Of a stretch of 32,000 nt of DNA, positions 9,516 through 18,633 are shown piece after piece. Below the pieces are notes generated by a model, which saw only the letters and a list, made by a program, of their open reading frames with translations, did not search any database and was not told the DNA's origin. The position numbers and the translations under genes are program-made. The stretch is from Mucisphaera calidilacus. GTDB lineage: Bacteria > Planctomycetota > Phycisphaerae > Phycisphaerales > Phycisphaeraceae. Every line of letters starts with the position of its first letter. The first letter of the stretch is position 1. The stretch lies in assembly GCF_007748075.1 (NCBI RefSeq), contig NZ_CP036280.1, forward strand, positions 3,090,001-3,122,000. The letters run 5' to 3'.

Positions 9516-10922
9516 ATGCAGCGCCGCCACCCAACCGACCGACATGGGTGGAGAGGCTTCTCAGGAGACCCGGCTATTTCTGCTCTGACGATCTTCATCT
9601 TCTTCCTGATCATGCTGACACTCAGCATCGCGGTCTGGATACGCCCGGGCATCGCCGTCGGACTCGTCCTATGCAGCTTCGTCCTCGAACAGTGGGCACA
9701 GGCCGGCAGCGGGCTCTTCGTCTCCTACTACCAGCTCACCAACATCGCCACCGCGCTCATCGTCATGATGGCCTTCACCTCCATGATGATCCAGCGGCAG
9801 ATGCGCTTCCCCGGCTTCGGCAAGGCCGGGTGGATGTTCATCGTCCTCTACGCCTACTGCGCCCTCTCCGTCCTCTGGTCCATCGACCGCGGCGCCACCA
9901 TCAGCAACCTGCGCGGACAGGCCCCCTACATCATCATGTTCTGCCTCGTCGCACCCCTCACCGCGCACAACACAAAAGCCATCCGCGACGCACTCGTCAC
10001 CGTCGCTCTCCTCGGCTCCTTCCTCCTCGTCACCCTCATGATGAACCCCAACTGGGGGCACCGAGGCGTCCGCCTCGCCATCGAAGGAACCACAGGCTTC
10101 GGCGTCGACGACATCGGCAACCCCCTCGAGGTCGCCTCCATGGCCGGATACCTCGTCATCATCCTCTCGCTCCTCAAGATGACCACACTCCCCTCATGGG
10201 CCAACGCCATCCGCTGGACCATCGCCGTCGCCTCACTCTCGCTCATCATCCTCTCCGGATCACGTGGACAGTTCATCGGCGCCGTCATCGCCGTCGTCTG
10301 CTTCGTCCCCCTCGCCTACCGACTCAAGTCCCTCGGCGGGTTCTTCTCAGGCGTCTTCATGGTCGGCGTCGTCAGCGTCACCGCATGGATGCTCTGGTCC
10401 GCACGCAGCGGCGAACGCTTCGAACTCGACCTCCTGCTCCAGGGATACAGCGACACCCGACTCTTCACCACCTTCATCCTCCTCGGCGCCTGGTTCGACG
10501 CCGGACTCGTCTACTGGATCCTCGGACTCGGCAGCTCCGCCTCCTACAACGACAGCATCATCGGCATCTACCCGCACTTCGTCCCCGGCGAGGTCCTCGG
10601 CGAACTCGGTTTCATCGGCTTCGCCATCTACACCACCGCCTACGGCTTCGCCGTCAACGCCTTCATCCGAACCTACCAACGCGTCAAGGAATACCCCGAA
10701 GCACGCAGCCTCGTCGCCACACTCGGCGCCCTGCTCTTCTTCTTCTCTCTCCTCACCCTCAAACAGGGCTCACTCCTCGGCTCCTACGCCCTGCCCATCT
10801 TCATGATCCTCATCATGACCGTCGACCGCGAAGTCGACGCACTCACGCGAAACGCCGCACCCTTGCCCGCACCCTCACCCCAGACCTATGGTGTAGGCAA
10901 CGAGAACGTGCAACCCGCCTGA
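9516..10922 (+). CDS. O-antigen ligase / Wzy-type polymerase family membrane protein
   Basis: At least 10 TM helices. A Wzy_C-like loop follows SLSLIILSGSRGQFIGAVIAVVCF. ATG at 9516; the ORF-track start at 9474 is GTG. Confidence 0.75.
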   Translation: MQRRHPTDRHGWRGFSGDPAISALTIFIFFLIMLTLSIAVWIRPGIAVGLVLCSFVLEQWAQAGSGLFVSYYQLTNIATALIVMMAFTSMMIQRQMRFPGFGKAGWMFIVLYAYCALSVLWSIDRGATISNLRGQAPYIIMFCLVAPLTAHNTKAIRDALVTVALLGSFLLVTLMMNPNWGHRGVRLAIEGTTGFGVDDIGNPLEVASMAGYLVIILSLLKMTTLPSWANAIRWTIAVASLSLIILSGSRGQFIGAVIAVVCFVPLAYRLKSLGGFFSGVFMVGVVSVTAWMLWSARSGERFELDLLLQGYSDTRLFTTFILLGAWFDAGLVYWILGLGSSASYNDSIIGIYPHFVPGEVLGELGFIGFAIYTTAYGFAVNAFIRTYQRVKEYPEARSLVATLGALLFFFSLLTLKQGSLLGSYALPIFMILIMTVDREVDALTRNAAPLPAPSPQTYGVGNENVQPA

Positions 10923-10949
10923 ACCACACCAACCCTGAGGAGCGTGGAT

Positions 10950-11858
10950 ATGCGGCGCCTCACCACCGCCCTGCTCGCCGTCGTCGTGCTGACCCTCACC
11001 GGCATGTCACCCAACCGTTCCACCCAGGCGGTCGCCCAGGAGGAGAACACGGTCGCCGCCACACGCGTCATCGCCTCCGGACCCGCCTTCCCCGTCTTCG
11101 ACGCCACCCTCTACCTCGACAAACCCGACCTCGAACAACTCCACGGCCTCCCCAAACTCCGAACCCACGGCCGACTCTGGCCACGCGGCGCCGACGACAG
11201 CGAACCCGACCGCACACGCATCGTCGCGGCGCTCTCACGCATCCCACGCAACGACCTCTTCTTCATGGACATCGAACACTGGCCCGTCAATGGCGACCCC
11301 GCCGACGTCCAGGACACCATCCGCAAGTACAACCTCGTCACACGCTGGATCCGCGAGGCACGACCCGACCTCACCTTCGGCTACTACGGCATCCCGCCCG
11401 TCCGAGACTACTGGCGCGCCATCAAACCCAGAGACTCACGCCAATACCAAGCCTGGGCCGCCGAGAACGACGCCCTCCAACCCATGATCCGCGACGTCGA
11501 CGTCATCTACCCCTCCCTCTACACCTTCTACGACGACCCCGAGGGCTGGGTGAAATACGCCGAGGTAAACATCCGAGAAGCACGCAAGTACGGCAAACCC
11601 GTCTACCCCTTCCTCTGGCCCCAGTACCACGATTCCCACAAAGAACTCAAGTACCACTTCATCGACGGCGACTTCTGGCGCATCCAGCTCGAAACCTGCC
11701 TCAAACACGCCGACGGCGTCGTCATCTGGGGCGGCTGGACTGACCCCGAAGGCAACCGACTCAAGTGGGACCCCACCATCCCCTGGTGGCGCGCCACACT
11801 CGCCACCATGGCCGAGAACGGCGAACGACTCGTCAACCCCAACGCCGAAGTACGCTAA
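10950..11858 (+). CDS. Secreted protein, putative glycoside hydrolase with a GH56 (hyaluronidase)-like motif series
   Basis: GAGGAG lies 7 nt before the ATG at 10950. Signal peptide RRLTTALLAVVVLTLTG. Ordered motifs: FFMDIEHWP, TFGYYGIP, IYPSLY, GVVIWGGW. CDS confidence is high; the family assignment is tentative (about 0.4). Confidence 0.8.
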   Translation: MRRLTTALLAVVVLTLTGMSPNRSTQAVAQEENTVAATRVIASGPAFPVFDATLYLDKPDLEQLHGLPKLRTHGRLWPRGADDSEPDRTRIVAALSRIPRNDLFFMDIEHWPVNGDPADVQDTIRKYNLVTRWIREARPDLTFGYYGIPPVRDYWRAIKPRDSRQYQAWAAENDALQPMIRDVDVIYPSLYTFYDDPEGWVKYAEVNIREARKYGKPVYPFLWPQYHDSHKELKYHFIDGDFWRIQLETCLKHADGVVIWGGWTDPEGNRLKWDPTIPWWRATLATMAENGERLVNPNAEVR

Positions 11859-12979
11859 TCCCCCGCAACCCCGCGAATCGCCGCCTCAAAACCATCCACC
11901 ATCCGCTCCAGCGTAAAACGCTCCGTCACCGTCGCGTGCGCCGACCGTGACATCGCCCCGAGACGCTCGCGATCCGAAAACAACCCCACCAGCGTCGCCG
12001 CAAGATCGCCCGCATCACCGTGACGGAACATCAGGCCGTTCACGCCCGGATCCAACGCGACAATCTCCGGGTTGTGCGACGCCACGTCATCACCCACCAC
12101 CACCGGCAAACCGTAACCCATCGCGTGAATCAGACTCAAACCCACGTTCGCCGGATAAACAAACACGTCCGAACTCAAAAACCAAGGCGACAAAGCCTCC
12201 TCGCCATACACCGCACCCGGCATGATCACGCGATCCGCAACACCCAGCTCCGCCGCCAAAGCCCGCAGCTCGTCCGCTCCGTCACCCTTGCCGATCAACA
12301 CAGCACGAAATCCCGGGAAACGCTCCGCGATCGCAGGCGTCGCACGGATCAACAACGCCTCCCGATTCTCCGGCGCAAAACGCGACACGAACAACGCCAC
12401 CGGACCCTCACCCAGCCCTCGCTCACGACGAAACGACGCCAGATCATCCGCCCGCGACAACCACGACGAACGAGCCGACTGAATCGGACCCTGATCCAAC
12501 GCGTTCGGCGCCGCAAACAGCCGGTCACGCCGAAACCCACGCTCCGCATAACCCTCCGCCACCGACCGGCTGTAAAACATCAACCCGTCCGCCCGCCGAC
12601 CCAGAAACGAACGCACCCGCGCACGCCAGCCCGTCTCCGACTTCGAATAACCATGCCCCCACAGAATCGTCCGGACACCCGCCAGTCGCGCACGCACCAG
12701 CCCCGCCGGCAGCGACGCGTAGTGCGCGTTCCACGTCAACACCAGCACGTCCGCATGCCGCCGCGACGCATACTTCACCTGCGCCGGGTCCCACATCATC
12801 GAACGGGAACCCACACCCACGCTCGACAACCGGCTCGGCACCGCCTCGAAACCGTCCGGCTCCAGATTCGGCAGCTTCGGGTCATGCGTGTAACTCACCA
12901 GCAACTCGATGCCCGGCCGCGACGCCAACGCCCGAAACACCGGGATGCGATAGGCAGGCAACGCCGGCTGCTGAACCAC
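11855..12979 (-). CDS. Glycosyltransferase family 4
   Basis: QQPALPAYRIPVFRAL N-terminus and the GT-B C-terminal motif VFVYPANVGLSLIHAMGYGLPVVVGDD. The only canonical start is the GTG at 12979. The frame stays open upstream to a TAG at 13040-13042 without any ATG, so the start is uncertain. Confidence 0.8.
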   Translation of the reverse strand: MVQQPALPAYRIPVFRALASRPGIELLVSYTHDPKLPNLEPDGFEAVPSRLSSVGVGSRSMMWDPAQVKYASRRHADVLVLTWNAHYASLPAGLVRARLAGVRTILWGHGYSKSETGWRARVRSFLGRRADGLMFYSRSVAEGYAERGFRRDRLFAAPNALDQGPIQSARSSWLSRADDLASFRRERGLGEGPVALFVSRFAPENREALLIRATPAIAERFPGFRAVLIGKGDGADELRALAAELGVADRVIMPGAVYGEEALSPWFLSSDVFVYPANVGLSLIHAMGYGLPVVVGDDVASHNPEIVALDPGVNGLMFRHGDAGDLAATLVGLFSDRERLGAMSRSAHATVTERFTLERMVDGFEAAIRGVAGD

Positions 12980-13083
12980 AACACGCAGGATGGACTCCGA
13001 TTCGTTGACGCCAAAGCTCCTGCAAACACGGCCGCGACGCTACCTTACACGAGGAACACAACCACCCGCATAAGGATCGGCGG

Positions 13084-14244
13084 ATGTCGGACACAGGTTC
13101 GGTCTTGATCAACGGTTTGTCCATCGGCGGCGGCGGTGGCCTCACCGTAGGCGTCGAACTCACGCGCGCCCTCGCACACGCGCGCCCCGACTGGACCGTC
13201 CGACTCCTCCTCACCGAAAACCACCCCCTCCACGAAGAAGCCCTCCACGCCGACTGGCCCGAAAACGCCGAACTCATCTGGGCCGACCCCGCCACGCAAC
13301 AACGACGACCACGCGACGCCTACGAACGCACCGAGCTCCCCGAACTCGTCCGCGCACGCAACGCCGACTCACTCGTCCAGCTCAACGGCATGATGCCCGC
13401 CGGAAACCCGGCCATCGACGCCCCCATCATCTGCCACCACCAGGACCCCTGGCCCTACCGGCCCCAGGCATGGCTCAGCTGGAAACACCGCGTCATCGCC
13501 TTCCTCAAACGACGACGACACCGCAACGCCCTCCGCAAGGCCGACTGGCTCACCTTCACCAGCAACTACCTCCTCCAGACCATCACCCAACACCACCGCT
13601 ACCCCACCGACCGCTGCTCCGTCCTCGCCAACGGCCTGCCCGATGCCATGATCCGGCTCGCACGCACCGGCCCCGCCCAGGAAGCCGAAGAAGACCGCGC
13701 CGACGAGATCCTCACCGTCAGCAACGTCTCGCCCTACAAGCAGCAGTGGCGCGTCATCGACGCCCTCGCCGAACTCACCCGACGCGGCCACAAAGACGTC
13801 ATCTACCGCGTCATCGGAGGCGGCGACGAACGCGACCTCACCGCGCTCCGCGAACGCGCCCGGCAACTCGGCATCGCGCGACGCGTCCGCGTCGAGGGAC
13901 GCGTCGACGAAGCACGCGTCGTGTGGGCCTACGAACGCGCCCGCGTCTTCGCACTCCACAGCCAGTGCGAGAGCTTCGGCATCCCCGCCATCGAGGCCAT
14001 GGCCTACGGCGTGCCCGTCGTCGTCGCCGACTGCTGCGCCCTGCCCGAGGTCACCGACAACGCCGCACTCCACGCCGACCCCGACAACACCACCGCCCTC
14101 GCCGACGCGATCGAACGACTCCTCACCGACGAAGACCTCTCCGCCGACCTCGCCGCACGCGGCCGCGAACGCGTCGAACAATTCAAGTGGTCCGACTCAG
14201 GCCAACAACTCGCCACCCTCATCGAACAACTAACCCGAAACTAA
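13084..14244 (+). CDS. Glycosyltransferase family 4
   Basis: ATG with AAGGA 7 nt upstream. C-terminal motif FALHSQCESFGIPAIEAMAYGVPVVVAD. Confidence 0.85.
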   Translation: MSDTGSVLINGLSIGGGGGLTVGVELTRALAHARPDWTVRLLLTENHPLHEEALHADWPENAELIWADPATQQRRPRDAYERTELPELVRARNADSLVQLNGMMPAGNPAIDAPIICHHQDPWPYRPQAWLSWKHRVIAFLKRRRHRNALRKADWLTFTSNYLLQTITQHHRYPTDRCSVLANGLPDAMIRLARTGPAQEAEEDRADEILTVSNVSPYKQQWRVIDALAELTRRGHKDVIYRVIGGGDERDLTALRERARQLGIARRVRVEGRVDEARVVWAYERARVFALHSQCESFGIPAIEAMAYGVPVVVADCCALPEVTDNAALHADPDNTTALADAIERLLTDEDLSADLAARGRERVEQFKWSDSGQQLATLIEQLTRN

Positions 14245-15788
14245 CGCAGCACCCGCTCCTTGATCGCACGCGCCGGATTGCCCACGCAAACCTGACCCTC
14301 CGGCAGATCCTTGTACACGCTCGAACGCGCACCCACCACCGTCAAACGACCCACCTCTACGCCCGGACCGATGTAAACATCCGCACCGATCCACACGTCC
14401 TCATTGATCAGTATCGGCGTGCGCAACAGCGGAAAACTCGGGTTCGTGTAATCATGCGTCCCCGCACAGATGTGCGCGTACTGACTCACGATCGAACGTC
14501 TGCCGATCGTGATCTTCCCCAGGCTGTACAGAATCGCGTAGTCCCCCACCGTCGCGTCATCCTGAATCTCCAGCATCCAAGGCACCTCGATGTTCACCGA
14601 GGGACGAATCGCCACACGCCTGCCCACCGTCGCGCCAAAACGCCGAAGCAGCCACGCACGAAGACCGTACCAGTTGTGGAACGTCAACCGAAAAATCGGC
14701 TTGCCGATCAGCATCCACGCCGCACGCGCCACCTTCTCGCGGAACGTCCACGGGCTCGACTCCGGCTGCGTCTGCATCGCCGGGCCGCGGTGCGAGCCGT
14801 CCTGACTCGGGTCAGGCGGCAGCTGACGAAGCGTCCCCTCCACCGGGTCCGGCTCATCATCAGGCAGCGGCATCGTCGGCGGCGCGGTCAGCGTGTCGCC
14901 CTCCGGAACCGCCAGCGTCCCCCCCGACCACTGCATCGCCTTCGCAGGCTCAAAACCCGCCTGCTTCGCCTGCGACATGATGTAGCGGAACTTCAACGCC
15001 ACCATCCCGTCGTACGTCGCGATCAGCTTGCAGAAATCAAAACCCGTCCGGCCATCCAGAAAACCCAGCCGGAAGAAAAACATGTAAATGAAACGCCACA
15101 GCCACGGGAAAGGCATCCGGTGCATCATGTTCCGCTTGAGCCACCGACGACGACGCGTCTCGTCCGTCAGGTTCGCCTGATCGTCCGACGCGTGCGTGAT
15201 GTACTCGTGAAACAGCTGCTGTGCCTCCAGCGTCGAATAACGGTTGTGCTTCGCGATGAAGTGCTCGAGACCACGCCGGTCGTTGTGCAGCATCGGCTCG
15301 TTGATGTAACCCACCGGGTCGTCCACCACCATGTGCTCGTGAACCGCTCGATCCTCGTAAAACGCGCGACCACGCTTGAGCAGACGCATGTTCCAGCTCG
15401 GGAAATATCCGCAGTGACGGATCGGCTTGTCCATGAAGTACGTCACGCGGTTGATGAAATAACCGTTCTCCGCCACCCGACCCGTCGGCTGACGCGCCAC
15501 CTCCAGGATCCGGTCACGCAGCTTCTCCGTGATCACCTCGTCCGCGTCCAGAATCAGAATCCAGTCCGAAACAAAAGGCAGCGACCGAAGACCCCAGTTC
15601 TTCTGACGGGCGTAACCCTCCCAGTCATGATGAACCAGCTCCGCACCCATCTCCGTCGCGATCTCCTGCGTGCCGTCCGTCGAACCCGAATCAACCACGA
15701 ACACACGACTCGCCCACGAACGGACCGATCCGATGCAGTGCGGCAGGTTGAGCGACTCGTTGTACGTGATGATCATCACGTCGATCAT
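14241..15788 (-). CDS. Bifunctional fusion: N-terminal GT2 glycosyltransferase + C-terminal WcaF-like hexapeptide-repeat O-acetyltransferase
   Basis: N-terminal part: MIDVMIITYNESLNLPHCIGSV...VVDSGSTDGT...ILILDADE (DxD). C-terminal part: WLLRRFGATVGRRVAIRPSVNIEVPWMLEIQDDATVGDYAILYSLGKITIGRRSIVSQYAHICAGTHDY...GARSSV. The ATG at 15788 is preferred; the ORF-track start at 15995 adds 69 Arg/Gly/Cys-rich residues. Confidence 0.85.
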   Translation of the reverse strand: MIDVMIITYNESLNLPHCIGSVRSWASRVFVVDSGSTDGTQEIATEMGAELVHHDWEGYARQKNWGLRSLPFVSDWILILDADEVITEKLRDRILEVARQPTGRVAENGYFINRVTYFMDKPIRHCGYFPSWNMRLLKRGRAFYEDRAVHEHMVVDDPVGYINEPMLHNDRRGLEHFIAKHNRYSTLEAQQLFHEYITHASDDQANLTDETRRRRWLKRNMMHRMPFPWLWRFIYMFFFRLGFLDGRTGFDFCKLIATYDGMVALKFRYIMSQAKQAGFEPAKAMQWSGGTLAVPEGDTLTAPPTMPLPDDEPDPVEGTLRQLPPDPSQDGSHRGPAMQTQPESSPWTFREKVARAAWMLIGKPIFRLTFHNWYGLRAWLLRRFGATVGRRVAIRPSVNIEVPWMLEIQDDATVGDYAILYSLGKITIGRRSIVSQYAHICAGTHDYTNPSFPLLRTPILINEDVWIGADVYIGPGVEVGRLTVVGARSSVYKDLPEGQVCVGNPARAIKERVLR

Positions 15789-15865
15789 GGCGTTCTCACT
15801 CGTGCAGGACGCGTGGATGATACGCGAGACCCCACAAGGGTAACTTCGACAGGTCCTTTGACCCG

Positions 15866-16483
15866 ATGAACAACACCATGGACGAATCTGGCCCTGAATC
15901 TCGTTCTGAGTCCGATCACAACGAGACAACGAACCTCTGCCAGCGACTCGACCGCACCCAGCCCTACCCCTACCCAAGATCCGCCTACCTCGCACGCACG
16001 CTCTGGCAACTCGTCCAGACCCTCCTCATTCGACCCAGCCCCCCCCGCTGCTACGCCTGGCGACGATTCTGGCTCAGACGCTTCGGCGCCACCATCCCCG
16101 CCACCGCCGGCACAAGACCCTCCACCACCATCATGCACCCCTGGCTGCTCGAACTCGGCGAATACACGCTCCTGGGCGACCGCGTCCGTGTCTACAACCT
16201 CGGCAAAATCACCCTCGGCAGCCACACCGTCGTCTCGCAGGACGCACACCTCTGCGCCGGAACCCACGACTACCAGACACCCGAACTGCCCCTCATCCGA
16301 AGCACCATCACCATCGGCTCAGGCGTATGGGTCTGCGCCGACGCCTTTATCGGACCCGGCGTCACCGTCCACGACAACGCCGTCGTCGGAGCCAGAGCCG
16401 TCGTCACCGAAGACGTCCCCCACGCCGCCATCGTCGCCGGCAACCGCGCCAAAGTCATCCGACAACGAACCATGCACCCCTGA
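15866..16483 (+). CDS. WcaF-like hexapeptide-repeat O-acetyltransferase (paralogue of the C-terminal domain of the divergent fusion gene)
   Basis: FWLRRFGATIPATAGTRPSTTIMHPWLLELGEYTLLGDRVRVYNLGKITLGSHTVVSQDAHLCAGTHDY...GARAVV aligns residue-for-residue with the fusion C-terminus. Confidence 0.85.
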   Translation: MNNTMDESGPESRSESDHNETTNLCQRLDRTQPYPYPRSAYLARTLWQLVQTLLIRPSPPRCYAWRRFWLRRFGATIPATAGTRPSTTIMHPWLLELGEYTLLGDRVRVYNLGKITLGSHTVVSQDAHLCAGTHDYQTPELPLIRSTITIGSGVWVCADAFIGPGVTVHDNAVVGARAVVTEDVPHAAIVAGNRAKVIRQRTMHP

Positions 16484-16489
16484 ACCCAC

Positions 16490-16520
16490 AAAAAAAGGGC
16501 GAGCCCCGAAGGGCCCGCCC
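16490..16520 (-). terminator. Intrinsic terminator downstream of glnK
   Basis: The minus strand reads GGGCGGGCCC-TTCG-GGGCTCGCCC followed by TTTTTTT (plus-strand A-run 16490-16496). It lies 30 nt after the glnK stop. Confidence 0.7.
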
Positions 16521-16549
16521 GTCATCAGGAGGACAGCCTCACGTGCCCC

Positions 16550-16888
16550 TTACAGCGCATCGTTGTCCGACTCACCCGTGCGGATCCGCACGACCTTGTC
16601 CAGGGCGTAAACAAAAATCTTGCCGTCGCCCACATTCCCCGAACGCGACGACGAGGTGATCGCCTCGATCGCCTTGTCCACGTCCTCTTCCTTCACCGCC
16701 ACCTTCAGCATGACCTTGGGCACAAAACCCACGTCCATCCGACCGCCGCGGTAACGCTCGGTGTGACCCTTCTGCTTGCCAAACCCCTTGCACTCAAGGG
16801 CCGTGGCGCCATAAATCCCGAGCTCGGCTAGCTTCGACGTGATCACAGGCAGCGCCGAGGGCCTGATCACGGATTCGATCATTCGCAT
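16550..16888 (-). CDS. glnK: P-II nitrogen regulatory protein (amt-linked, GlnK-type)
   Basis: 112 aa. Same length and numbering as E. coli GlnB/GlnK: T-loop GFGKQKGHTERYRGGRMDVGF and C-terminus GDGKIFVYALDKVVRIRTGE. AGGAG lies 9 nt before the ATG. Confidence 0.95.
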   Translation of the reverse strand: MRMIESVIRPSALPVITSKLAELGIYGATALECKGFGKQKGHTERYRGGRMDVGFVPKVMLKVAVKEEDVDKAIEAITSSSRSGNVGDGKIFVYALDKVVRIRTGESDNDAL

Positions 16889-16990
16889 CGTTGTTATCTC
16901 CTAGTCTCTGCGGGAGGGGCCGTGGCCGCTCAACCCGCCATGTCTCATGGTTACAAACAACAGACTCCGCAGAGCCTGACGATCCGGGAA

Positions 16991-18535
16991 TCAGATCTCC
17001 CGGGCGTGGTAGCTCTTGATGTAGGTGAACTGGAAGTCCGGGTACGCCGACATGTCGTGCTCGCCGAGGTCCAGACCCTCGATCTCCTCAGCCTCCGAAA
17101 CACGGACACCAAAGATCGCGTTCAGAGCACCAAAGATCACCAGCGCCGCGAAGAAGGCGAAACCACAACCGGCAACCGTGCCGATCGCCTGCGTCACCAG
17201 CTGACCGCCGCCAGCCGTCTCGCCGGCAGCATCACCATAAATCGCCCCGGCGAACAGACCGTTGACACCCCACAGGCCGCAGCAGAGCGTGCCGTAGATG
17301 CCGCAGGTGCCGTGCACCGAGATCGCACCGACCGGGTCGTCGATCTTGAACTGGTCAAGAAGGACCACCGAGAAGTAAACCAGCACGCCGGAAATACCGC
17401 CGACGAGCACCAGAGCCTCGATCCAGTGAGGCGTGTCCGGACCGGCCGTAATGCCGACCAGACCCGCAAGAATGCCGTTGAGCGCCATCGTCAGGTCAGG
17501 CTTGCCGCCGACAACCCACGACACGATCGCGGCCGCCAGACCGCCACCACACGCAGCAAGCGTCGTCGTGACCAACACATACGAAACGCCCGCGGGATCA
17601 GCACTCAGCTCCGAACCACCGTTGAAGCCGAACCAGCCGAACCACAGAAGGAACACACCGATGGTCGCCAGCGGCATGCTGTGACCCGGGATCGGCTGAA
17701 CACTGCCATCCTTCGCGAACTTGCCCAGGCGGGGGCCCAGGATGATCGCACACGCCAGGGCACCCGCGCCACCCACGCCGTGCACCAGCGTCGAGCCAGC
17801 GAAGTCAGCAAAACCTAATTCGGCTAACCGGCCGCCGCCCCAGTGCCACGAGCCGACGATGCAGTAAATCACGCCCGCGAACGGGATACAGAAAATCAGG
17901 AAGGGCAGCAGCTTCACGCGACCCGCCACCGCACCCGAAACAATCGTGCAGCACGTCGCCGCAAACATCGCCTGGAAGAAGAAGTCCGTCCAGACCGTGT
18001 AACCCGGGTTGTAGTCCGGGCCGGTCGCCGCCTCGCCGAAGTAGTAACCGCCACCGCCACCGATGCCGGTGCCGAAGGCGAACACGCCCTCAACGATCCA
18101 CTCGCCCGGGTACATGATCGCCCAGCCGCACAACGCGTACATCACGATGCCGATCATCACGATCATCACGTTCTTGAACAGAATATTGACCGTGTTCTTC
18201 GCCCGCGTCAGACCCGACTCCACACACGCAAAACCCAGGTGCATGATGAACACGAGCATGCCCGCAATCATGATCCACAGGTTGTTCGCCTTGAAATCAG
18301 TCAGGTTGTAAAGCACCGACGCCGGATTCCCGTCGTCGTCCTCACCGACCGCGTAACTGTACTCCCCCTGCAACACCTCCGGGATCGCCTCATTCAGTGC
18401 GTCGACCTCAGCCTGCACCTCCTCGAGGGTCGGTACCGCCTCCGCGGCTTCCTGTGCGAATGCCCCCTGACTCATTACCACCAGTGCGGTAAGGGCCAGG
18501 AGCGGGATGAGCCATCCCCTGATGCGTTCCAACAT
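16991..18535 (-). CDS. amtB: Ammonium transporter (Amt family) with signal peptide and an acidic N-terminal extension
   Basis: Amt signature DFAGSTLVHGVGGAGALACAIILGPRLGKF and 11 TM pattern. N-terminal signal LIPLLALTALVVMSQGAFAQE. AAGGAG lies 7 nt before the ATG at 18535. Confidence 0.95.
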   Translation of the reverse strand: MLERIRGWLIPLLALTALVVMSQGAFAQEAAEAVPTLEEVQAEVDALNEAIPEVLQGEYSYAVGEDDDGNPASVLYNLTDFKANNLWIMIAGMLVFIMHLGFACVESGLTRAKNTVNILFKNVMIVMIGIVMYALCGWAIMYPGEWIVEGVFAFGTGIGGGGGYYFGEAATGPDYNPGYTVWTDFFFQAMFAATCCTIVSGAVAGRVKLLPFLIFCIPFAGVIYCIVGSWHWGGGRLAELGFADFAGSTLVHGVGGAGALACAIILGPRLGKFAKDGSVQPIPGHSMPLATIGVFLLWFGWFGFNGGSELSADPAGVSYVLVTTTLAACGGGLAAAIVSWVVGGKPDLTMALNGILAGLVGITAGPDTPHWIEALVLVGGISGVLVYFSVVLLDQFKIDDPVGAISVHGTCGIYGTLCCGLWGVNGLFAGAIYGDAAGETAGGGQLVTQAIGTVAGCGFAFFAALVIFGALNAIFGVRVSEAEEIEGLDLGEHDMSAYPDFQFTYIKSYHAREI

Positions 18536-18604
18536 GCGAACTCTCCTTTACGTGTTCGGACCTGTGAGATCACCACCCTGACGCAGGCGTGACTCGATTC
18601 GAGC

Positions 18605-18633
18605 AGAATAAAACGTTCATGCCTAGTTTGCAA
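18605..18633 (-). promoter_or_regulatory. Candidate sigma70-type promoter for amtB-glnK
   Basis: The minus strand reads TTGCAA-17 nt-TATTCT, about 70 nt upstream of the amtB ATG. The spacer contains one arm (TAGGCAT) of a 7-bp inverted repeat. By-eye prediction only. Confidence 0.3.

Noticed and set aside
9437-11743. 768-aa + strand ORF overlapping the Wzy-like and GH56-like genes in another frame
   Set aside because: The product is extremely Arg/Pro/His/Thr-rich, low-complexity and has no recognisable domain. It is a shadow ORF caused by stop-codon depletion on the C+A-rich + strand. The in-frame neighbours 9516-10922 and 10950-11858 have real membrane or secreted-protein features.
13470-15869. 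799-aa + strand ORF antisense to or overlapping the GT4 and GT2::acetyltransferase genes
   Set aside because: It has the same Arg/Pro/His/Thr/Gln-rich shadow composition. The opposite-strand and alternate-frame genes carry clear GT4, GT2 and hexapeptide motifs.
16906-16974. Inverted repeat CTCTGCGG / CCGCAGAG in the amtB-glnK spacer
   Set aside because: The stem is only 8 bp and the loop is 53 nt, so it is thermodynamically weak. It may be incidental.
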